From assembly GCA_964555775.1 (NCBI GenBank), contig CAZKTW010000001.1:1-57772 (forward strand): 57,772 bases of DNA, given 5' to 3'. The translations under genes were made by a program, and so were the position numbers. Below are positions 35,259 to 42,559 of this stretch, one piece after another. This DNA comes from an uncultured Bifidobacteriaceae bacterium (lineage in GTDB: Bacteria; Verrucomicrobiota; Verrucomicrobiia; Limisphaerales; UBA11358). The notes under the pieces are model-generated. The model was given only the letters and a program-made list of their open reading frames with translations, was not told where the DNA came from and did not search any database. Each line of letters begins with the position of its first letter. The first letter of the stretch is position 1.

Positions 35259-36299
35259 ATGGAAACCATTCTTTTTCTTGCTCACACGGAAACCGACGGT
35301 TCGCTCGGCAAGGCGGCGCTCGAAGCCCTCGGTGCCGCCGCAAATTTACAGGCTGCGTTGACCGGTTCAATGCTCGCGGCCGGACTGGTCGGCCAGAACG
35401 TTCAAACCGCGGCAAATCAGATCGCCGGTTGCGGCGCGGTGAAATTTCTCGGCGTCGCCGGCGAAGACTTTGCCTCATCACGATATGCCAGCGATGTCGT
35501 GGCGGCTGAAGCCTTGTGCAAGGCCGCTGGTGCAACCATCGTGATTGCCCCGGGCACGTCGCGGTTTGCCCGTTGTCTGGCGGGCGTGGCGCAACGGTTG
35601 GGTGGGCGGGCGGACACGCATGTCACGGGCGTGAGTGCGCCCGGTGGCAAATTGCCCAGCATCAGTCGCTGGTATTACCGCCAGCGTATGGAGGCTGTGC
35701 AGCAACGCGTGCAACGGCCCTGGTTCATTATCGTTGATCCCGGCAGCCAGCCTGCCTGGCAAGGGGCGCCCGGCACCGCCAATGTCGAGGGCGTCACAGT
35801 TGCTTTGCCGGATTCGGCAAAACGCACCACCGTCACCGGCTTCCACTCTCCGGCCGCCGACGCCCAAACCATCCGGCCTGATGCGCAATTACTTTTTGTC
35901 ACCGGCGCGGGCTGGACGAAGAAACAAGCCGACGGCCAGACGCACGTGCCCGAGGCGGAAAAGCACATCCGGGGTTTTCTCCAGCTCAGCCGCGCGTCGC
36001 TGGGCAGCAGCAAATCTTTGGTGGACCAAAGCGGCGAGGGACAGGCGGTGCTGCCGTTTTTGTCGCACTTGAACCAGATTGGCCAGACCGGCGCAACGCC
36101 GCGGCATCCGAAGGGGCTGAGCACCTGTTGCCACGGCGAAGAGCCGCACACCGTCGGCTGGCGTTTCATCGCCGAGCGCCGCGCCATCAGCCTGGACCCG
36201 AACTGCGGCTGGGCCCGCGGCAAAGCCGACGTGCTTTACGTGGCTGACGCCTTCGCCGTGATGGGAAAAGTGAATGAATTGCTGGCGGCGGGGAAGTAG
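35259..36299 (+). CDS. Divergent electron transfer flavoprotein alpha-subunit-like protein
   Basis: ATG at 35259. C-terminal GSSKSLVD...QIGQTGATP...ISLDPN...ADVLYVADAF parallels EtfA, but the GISGAxQH FAD-contact segment is replaced by CCHGEEPH. Confidence 0.68.
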   Translation: METILFLAHTETDGSLGKAALEALGAAANLQAALTGSMLAAGLVGQNVQTAANQIAGCGAVKFLGVAGEDFASSRYASDVVAAEALCKAAGATIVIAPGTSRFARCLAGVAQRLGGRADTHVTGVSAPGGKLPSISRWYYRQRMEAVQQRVQRPWFIIVDPGSQPAWQGAPGTANVEGVTVALPDSAKRTTVTGFHSPAADAQTIRPDAQLLFVTGAGWTKKQADGQTHVPEAEKHIRGFLQLSRASLGSSKSLVDQSGEGQAVLPFLSHLNQIGQTGATPRHPKGLSTCCHGEEPHTVGWRFIAERRAISLDPNCGWARGKADVLYVADAFAVMGKVNELLAAGK

Positions 36300-36519
36300 C
36301 CTCGAAATTACTGCCCGCAACGAGCGGGAAAAATAGCGACGGTTCGCTACATCCGGTTGGATATTGTTTTCATTCCCACTGAAATGTCAGTCCGCTGAGC
36401 TGGGACAGGGCCAGTTTCATTTGGTCATCACCAAAAGACACCAGGGAATCTTGCCCAAGAGCGACAATGAAAAACTGTTTCCCTGCTCCCAGCGGAATCA
36501 CCAACTGCTGTAATCGGGC

Positions 36520-37140
36520 CTACAACCCGGGATCAGCCCAGTCGTCGCTTGCTTCCAGGTCCCAATGAACTTTTGAACCATCCAGCGTAAACTCCACCCA
36601 AACCTTTCCGTGCTCAATATCGACAAAGTCACGCAGGTTCGTGATGGTGAGGGCACCTTTTGCCAGAATTGCGAACCGGTTCAAGAGCGTGACATAGTCG
36701 CCGTGATCTACAATGCACTCGGTATCGAAATGCCAAATATCGTCCGAAACGCGTTCAAACTCTCCCCGCTCAACTTCCGACCCCAAAACGCAGAGCAACT
36801 GAACCCAATCAGCGGGCGATTCCATGGTTCCGCCGAGAGAATGAAGCAGATCGTCGTTGGAGATGCCTGGTCGCATACGCATTCCTGCATTTGCCAGTTG
36901 CTCCAGAGCCGCTGAGACGGAAATGGCGGCTCCCGCAGTGTCTCGATGAAGCACAACTTTCTTTTGAACCTTCGGCGGTTGTTGGCTCTGCGACGGGATT
37001 CCCCATGAAATAACGCCGCCGATGGCGAAAATTGCGTAACCGCACGTCTGAATTGTCTTCCCGACAACCCCTGTCCAACCCAAGACAATCAGAACTGTTC
37101 CGATGAACATTAAACACAAAACAATAAGCTTTCGCTTCAT
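36520..37140 (-). CDS. Hypothetical membrane protein (2 TM + C-terminal domain)
   Basis: Lower-GC gene with two N-terminal hydrophobic helices. I recognise no family. The frame stays open for 49 codons beyond its TAG. Confidence 0.45.
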   Translation of the reverse strand: MKRKLIVLCLMFIGTVLIVLGWTGVVGKTIQTCGYAIFAIGGVISWGIPSQSQQPPKVQKKVVLHRDTAGAAISVSAALEQLANAGMRMRPGISNDDLLHSLGGTMESPADWVQLLCVLGSEVERGEFERVSDDIWHFDTECIVDHGDYVTLLNRFAILAKGALTITNLRDFVDIEHGKVWVEFTLDGSKVHWDLEASDDWADPGL

Positions 37141-37163
37141 AAATGTGTTTGGCCGCTAATAAT

Positions 37164-37502
37164 TCAAGCACAGCGTTCTCCAGCGGGAGGCCAACAGAAC
37201 ATCCCATCCACGGTACTTGCGGCGCGAATCGCCAATTCGGCACTGAAGAGATTCCGCTTCATAAACTCACCGAGCAACGCCCCACCTCCATCAGCCTCCA
37301 CAGGCACGGCATAACTCTCGGGACGGTGTTTCGTAAAAATGTACCAGCCGTCGGATTCCAAGCCGCCCCCAGCCTTGAAACAAACACGAATGATATCAGC
37401 CCAAAGTATCTCAGCCTGCCATGCTGTTCGTCCAGGCGGTGATACCTCCAACCGGATAGCAACGTCGCTCAAACGAACTGGATACCAGTCACGCAAATCC
37501 AT
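37164..37502 (-). CDS. Hypothetical protein (112 aa)
   Basis: Lower-GC ORF, co-directional with and 23 nt upstream of the 36520-37140 gene. No family recognised. Confidence 0.4.
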   Translation of the reverse strand: MDLRDWYPVRLSDVAIRLEVSPPGRTAWQAEILWADIIRVCFKAGGGLESDGWYIFTKHRPESYAVPVEADGGGALLGEFMKRNLFSAELAIRAASTVDGMFCWPPAGERCA

Positions 37503-37704
37503 TTACTTTCCTCGATTTGGAAAAAAGTTTTTCAAACAAACTCATTTTGTCATTTTCTGTCTTTTGCCGGGAAGAGCCAAAGTCCGAATGCCTTGTCCCT
37601 TCCCGCACCGTCCTGAATTCAATGGCATGATGCGCCGGGGCCATGACCAGTCAAACATTTATGTTTGGCTTGAAGCTGGTTTCGGGTTGGCGTAGCTTGC
37701 CTCC

Positions 37705-37932
37705 ATGAGCGTGGCGACCATCCAGAATGAGTTGTTGAATTTGCCAGCAACCGAGCGCGCCCGGTTGATTGATTTTTTGTGGGACTCGCTTTCCGAGCCG
37801 GAATTGAAGTTGCGCGAAACGGCCTGGGCGGCGGAGTCGGAGCGGCGGATTGATGCTTACGAGTCCGGCCTGCTGAAAGCGCGGGATGCCCAGGCGGTAT
37901 TTGAGGAATTGAAAAAGGGACTGCGGAAGTGA
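37705..37932 (+). CDS. Addiction-module antitoxin (Unstab_antitox / ParD-like component)
   Basis: LLNLPATERARLIDFLWDSL...WAAESERRIDAYESG is the typical pattern. It overlaps the toxin start. Confidence 0.85.
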   Translation: MSVATIQNELLNLPATERARLIDFLWDSLSEPELKLRETAWAAESERRIDAYESGLLKARDAQAVFEELKKGLRK

Positions 37933-38219
37933 TGGTGCGGTTCACCTCGCCTGCGGAACGTGAACTCAAGGAAGCAGTGGAGTTCTACGAATCGGCCCAG
38001 GAAGGATTGGGGACAGATTTTCTCACGGAAGTGGAGACGGTGACCCGGTTGATAGAATCCCATCCGATGGCATGGACGCCGATGTCGCCCAGAACCCGGC
38101 GCTGCCGGTTGCACAGATTTCCGTTTGGTTTGTTCTATCAGGTGCGGTCGGATGAAATTTTGATCGTGTCGGTCATGGATTTGCGCCGCGATCCCAAGCG
38201 TTGGGAGCAATATCTTTAG
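37929..38219 (+). CDS. Type II toxin, RelE/ParE family
   Basis: FTSPAERELKEAVEFY...FPFGLFYQVRSDEILIVSVMDLRRDP is a ParE-like pattern. 96 aa. Confidence 0.85.
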   Translation: MMVRFTSPAERELKEAVEFYESAQEGLGTDFLTEVETVTRLIESHPMAWTPMSPRTRRCRLHRFPFGLFYQVRSDEILIVSVMDLRRDPKRWEQYL

Positions 38220-38275
38220 CGGTCGGCGGTCGGAGATCGGCGCTCCGCCGGGCATTTCGGTTCCGGTCAACAAGT

Positions 38276-39442
38276 TCAACTGACCGCCTGAACGGCTTCC
38301 AGCTCGATCTCAAACAGCAAATTATCCCGACAAATGGCACAGCCTGTTTTGACCACCGGCATGGATGGCCGTCCATGCCGCGCCAGCCAGTCGGCGAACA
38401 GCGGCGCTTCGGCGGAGTGCTTGAAAAAGGCCGTTGCGAACGCGGTGTCCGCGAACGACATGCCTCGCGATTCGAGAATGGCTTCCATGACCTGCATCGA
38501 GCGCTCGATTTGCGCCCGCGTGTCACCGAGGTGTTCCGTTTTTCCGTCGCGCGCAATGCTGGCGGTGCCGGAAACCAACAGCCGGCGATATCCGGCACAC
38601 CCGATTTCCACCGCGCGGCTGAAGGCGCTCCCGTAGGCCGATGCCGGGCATTGTTCCGGCGACGGGGCAAAATATGTCACCGTGGCAGCCGGATCATGCG
38701 GACGAACCGCCCAAGCGGCGGCGGACAGCGCGGTACCCATCGGATTGCGGCCACTCACACCCGTGCTGGCGGGAAGATGGGGTGGCAGCAGTTCGTTGCA
38801 CGCGAAAACGTCATTCCGCACATGGTTGAATTCGCCATACCACGACAGAAGATCATCGAGATAAAACCAGGTCCGCACGATGTCCTTCATGGTCATGCCC
38901 GCCGCGGCCAGGCCGGTTTGAAGTCTTTCAAAAACTTCATGGGCCTGTTTCGGCGGCGTGGCCCGTGTCCGCGTCGGCAAAATCGGGTTGACCACACAAC
39001 GGGTGGCCAGGGCATCGTCCCAAATTCGGGCCACAACGCCATGATCGCCGAGGGTCCGGACGCGCGCGCCGGTGACGGCGTGGATTTGCATTCCAGCGAT
39101 GGCATGACCGGCGCAACCGGCTCCCTCCACCCAGGTCACCGGCAACTCGGGGTCGCCCAACGCCTGGCGCAAGGCTTTAAGCATCGCCGGGTATGCCGAC
39201 GCCGAACCAAAAATAATCTGCCGCACCACCGTGGCTGCTTGCGGGTTCAACGCTTCGGCAAGACGCCCGGCCAGGGCGTCGATGGATTCACCTTTCCTCG
39301 GTGTCACGGTCAATTGCAGTTCGGAAATGGGTGCGGATTCAATCGTGATGAGGGCCAGTCCGTCGCTGTGCTGGCGGTGAATGCGCGTGGGCGCGGCACA
39401 AGACAAGGTTGAATTTCGGGAGAGCGCGGTTTCGGCAGGCAT
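38276..39442 (-). CDS. Tandem RidA/YjgF-fold protein, possibly chorismatase (FkbO/Hyg5)-like
   Basis: The C-terminal half, LLVSGTASIARDGKTEHLGDTRAQIERSMQVMEAILESRGMSFAD, is YjgF-like. The middle segment MKDIVRTWFYLDDLLSWYGEFNHVRNDVF resembles FkbO-type enzymes. The opposite-strand ORF is Arg/Gly-rich shadow sequence. Confidence 0.5.
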   Translation of the reverse strand: MPAETALSRNSTLSCAAPTRIHRQHSDGLALITIESAPISELQLTVTPRKGESIDALAGRLAEALNPQAATVVRQIIFGSASAYPAMLKALRQALGDPELPVTWVEGAGCAGHAIAGMQIHAVTGARVRTLGDHGVVARIWDDALATRCVVNPILPTRTRATPPKQAHEVFERLQTGLAAAGMTMKDIVRTWFYLDDLLSWYGEFNHVRNDVFACNELLPPHLPASTGVSGRNPMGTALSAAAWAVRPHDPAATVTYFAPSPEQCPASAYGSAFSRAVEIGCAGYRRLLVSGTASIARDGKTEHLGDTRAQIERSMQVMEAILESRGMSFADTAFATAFFKHSAEAPLFADWLARHGRPSMPVVKTGCAICRDNLLFEIELEAVQAVS

Positions 39443-39621
39443 ATACGTCTTACGTCTTTACAGCAGTTGCTGGTTATAATGACGAAAAATTCGACGGTTG
39501 CGTTACAACAAAATTACTAATGTTTTGGTAACCAGCCGGTTGAAAGGTCTGTCTAATACATTGTTGTGATTCCTGTTCCGCCAATACTGGGGGCAGAAAA
39601 TTCACCACGTCGTATCACGCC

Positions 39622-41187
39622 ATGAAAACCTCGTTGATTTCCGCGCTGGTCCTGACGGCTATTCTCACCGGGACCGTTGTTGCGTGGGCGCAAACCGGCC
39701 CGTATGAAAGCCCGGCCAAACTGACGTCGGACGGCAAAATTGATGAACTCGTCTTCGGCAGACTGAAACAATTGGACATCCAGCCGGCCAATCTCTGTTC
39801 CGACGCGGTGTTTGTCCGGCGCGCCTATCTGGACGTGATTGGCACGCAACCCACCGCGCGCGAAGCCAGCAGCTTCATCTTGGATCACGACCCGGCCAAG
39901 CGCACCAAACTCATTGACCGGCTTCTGGCGCGCGATGAATTTGCGGATTACTGGGCAATGAAGTGGAGCGATCTGCTGCGCGTCAAGGCGGAGTTCCCCA
40001 TCAATTTATGGCCCAACGCGGCGCAGGAGTATCATCGCTGGATCCGCACGGCCATCGAGCAGAATCAACCCTATGACCAGTTCGTACGCGAACTGCTCAC
40101 GGCCAGCGGCAGCAATTTCCAGGTTCCCCCGGCCAACTTTTACCGCGCCATGCAGAACCGCGATCCGCAGGGCACCGCGCAGACGGTGGCGCTGACGTTC
40201 ATGGGCGAACGTGCTGACAAATGGCCGGCGGAAAAACTGGCCGGCCTGGCGGCGTTTTTTTCGCAGATCGGCATCAAAACCACGGCGGAATGGAAGGAGG
40301 AGATCGTCTTCTGGAATTCCGCCTCGACGAATGCGCAAACCACGGCAATGTTTCCCGGCGGCACCACCGTCGAGCTTTCCCCCGACCGCGATCCGCGCGA
40401 GGTTTTCGCCGGGTGGCTGATTGACGCGAAGAATCCCTGGTTTGCGCGCAACATCGTGAACCGCGCCTGGGCCTGGCTGCTGGGCCGCGGCATCATCCAG
40501 GAACCGGATGATATCCGGCCCGACAATCCATCGGTCAATCCCGAACTGCTGGCGTACCTGGAAAATGAATTCGTCGCGTCGCACTACGATTTGAAACATC
40601 TCTACCGGCTGATTCTGAACTCGAAAACGTACCAGTTAGCTTCCCTTCCCCGGAGCGCCAATCCGGCGGCGGCAGCCAATTTTGCTTTTTACCCGGTGCG
40701 CCAGCTCGAGGCAGAAGTGCTGGCGGACGCCTTGTGCGAGATCACCGGCACAACGGAGAAATATACCAGCGCCATACCGGAGCCATTCACGTTCATTCCG
40801 GAAAAAGAACGCTCCATTGCGCTGCCGGACGGAAGCATCACCAGTTCATTCCTGGAAATGTTCGGTCGTCCGCCACGCGACACCGGCCTGGAGTCGGAGC
40901 GCAACGGCCATCCCACGGCCGAGCAGCGGCTGCACCTGCTGAATTCGAGCCACATCCAGCGCAAGATCGAACAAAGCGAGAAGTTCAAGTATCTGCTCAA
41001 GACCCGGGATAATCCGCGTGACGTGGTTATCGGTCTTTACCTGGCTATTCTTTCACGTTTTCCGACGGAGAATGAACTCCAGATTGCGGTGGCGTATTTC
41101 CCAAACAGCGGTAAGGACCTCCGCCCGGCGGCGCTGGACGTCGCCTGGGCCCTGATCAACAGCGCGGAATTTCTTTACCGGCACTGA
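39622..41187 (+). CDS. DUF1549/DUF1553 domain protein (PSD-type)
   Basis: Signal peptide. YLDVIGTQPTAREASSFILD...LIDRLLARDEFADYWAMKWSDLLRV (DUF1549), with a C-terminal DUF1553-like ...NSAEFLYRH. Confidence 0.85.
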   Translation: MKTSLISALVLTAILTGTVVAWAQTGPYESPAKLTSDGKIDELVFGRLKQLDIQPANLCSDAVFVRRAYLDVIGTQPTAREASSFILDHDPAKRTKLIDRLLARDEFADYWAMKWSDLLRVKAEFPINLWPNAAQEYHRWIRTAIEQNQPYDQFVRELLTASGSNFQVPPANFYRAMQNRDPQGTAQTVALTFMGERADKWPAEKLAGLAAFFSQIGIKTTAEWKEEIVFWNSASTNAQTTAMFPGGTTVELSPDRDPREVFAGWLIDAKNPWFARNIVNRAWAWLLGRGIIQEPDDIRPDNPSVNPELLAYLENEFVASHYDLKHLYRLILNSKTYQLASLPRSANPAAAANFAFYPVRQLEAEVLADALCEITGTTEKYTSAIPEPFTFIPEKERSIALPDGSITSSFLEMFGRPPRDTGLESERNGHPTAEQRLHLLNSSHIQRKIEQSEKFKYLLKTRDNPRDVVIGLYLAILSRFPTENELQIAVAYFPNSGKDLRPAALDVAWALINSAEFLYRH

Positions 41188-41207
41188 AAGCGGCGAAGAG
41201 TGAAGAT

Positions 41208-42545
41208 ATGAAAACGAAACATTATTTGGCCGGCATCTCCCGTCGCGAAGCGATGCGCCGGGGTTTGTTGGGCACGGCGGGATTGTGGCTGGCTAGCGGG
41301 CTGGATTTTCCGGCCTTTGCCGCCGAGCCGGGGCCGGCCAAAGCCAAAGCCGTCATCCAAATCTGGCTGTGGGGCGGGCCATCACACCTGGACACCTTCG
41401 ATCCCAAACCGGAAGCGGGCAATGATTACTGCGGGCCGTTCAAAACGCCGGTTGAGACCAACGTGCCCGGAATCAAAATCTGCGAACTGCTGCCGCTGCT
41501 GGCAAAACAGGCGGACAAATATTCCCTCATCCGCAGCATGACTCACGGCAACAACGGCCACGAAACCGCGGCTTACATGGTCCAGACCGGACGGCCACCC
41601 GGCGGACGTGAGGTCTTTCCCTCGGTCGGCGCGGTGGTATCGCTGTTCAAGGGTTACGGCGCGGGATACCAGGGATTGATCCCGCCTTACATCGTGTTGA
41701 CCGAACCCCAGGGGCGGTTTTCCGAGGCGGGATTTCTGGAGTCGCGTTACAAACCGTTCGCCACGGGCGGCGATCCGGCGAAGAAGCCATTCGCGGTGGA
41801 AGGTGTTATCGCCCCGGGCATTTCCGATCAGCGCCAAAAAGACCGGCGCGAGCTGTTGCAAAAATTGAACACGCTCGAGCACGCCCTGCCGGGCGACGCA
41901 CAACTGGCGGCGTCCAACCGGGCCGAACAACAGGCGTACGAAATGATTCTGGGCGACGCCGGGAAGGTTTTTGATCTGTCGCAGGAAAAGGATGAACTTC
42001 GGACCCAGTATGGAAAAAACACGTTTGGACAGTCCTGTCTGGCGGCGCGGCGTCTGGTTGAAAAGGGAGTTCCCTACGTGACCATCAATTTCAAAGGCTG
42101 GGACACGCATAAACAGAATTTTCAAGAGATGCGCCGGTTGCTGCCGGAACTGGACAAGGGTTTGGCGACATTGCTCCAGGATTTATCCGACCGCAAACTG
42201 CTCGACAGCACCATCATCTGGTGCGGCGGCGAATTTGGCCGCACGCCGAAGGTCCAGTGGGAAGCGCCGTGGAACGGCGGGCGCGGACATTATGGCAAGG
42301 TATTTTCGGCGCTGGTTGCCGGCGGCGGGTTCAAGGGTGGTCACGTGGTCGGAGCCTCGGATGAGCACGGTGAAGAAGTAAAGGAACGGCCGGTGTATCC
42401 AGCGGACCTCATCGGCAGCATGTATGAATTGCTCGGCATTGATGGCAACGCGAAGCTTCCCAACCCCGAGGGTCTCGACCTGCGGGTGCTGCCCGTGACG
42501 GCGGATGGCGTGAAATCCGGCGGACTCCTGAAGGAAATCATGTGA
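41208..42545 (+). CDS. DUF1501 (sulfatase-like) protein with Tat signal
   Basis: SRREAMRRGLLGTAG... then GGPSHLDTFDPKP and GRTP motifs. This is the usual partner of DUF1549/1553 genes. Confidence 0.88.
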   Translation: MKTKHYLAGISRREAMRRGLLGTAGLWLASGLDFPAFAAEPGPAKAKAVIQIWLWGGPSHLDTFDPKPEAGNDYCGPFKTPVETNVPGIKICELLPLLAKQADKYSLIRSMTHGNNGHETAAYMVQTGRPPGGREVFPSVGAVVSLFKGYGAGYQGLIPPYIVLTEPQGRFSEAGFLESRYKPFATGGDPAKKPFAVEGVIAPGISDQRQKDRRELLQKLNTLEHALPGDAQLAASNRAEQQAYEMILGDAGKVFDLSQEKDELRTQYGKNTFGQSCLAARRLVEKGVPYVTINFKGWDTHKQNFQEMRRLLPELDKGLATLLQDLSDRKLLDSTIIWCGGEFGRTPKVQWEAPWNGGRGHYGKVFSALVAGGGFKGGHVVGASDEHGEEVKERPVYPADLIGSMYELLGIDGNAKLPNPEGLDLRVLPVTADGVKSGGLLKEIM

Positions 42546-42559
42546 GCGCCGATTTGCTT

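Noticed and set aside
38201-39412. 403-aa plus-strand ORF opposite the RidA-fold gene
   Set aside because: Arg/Gly-rich low-complexity translation. The minus-strand product has a YjgF-like domain.
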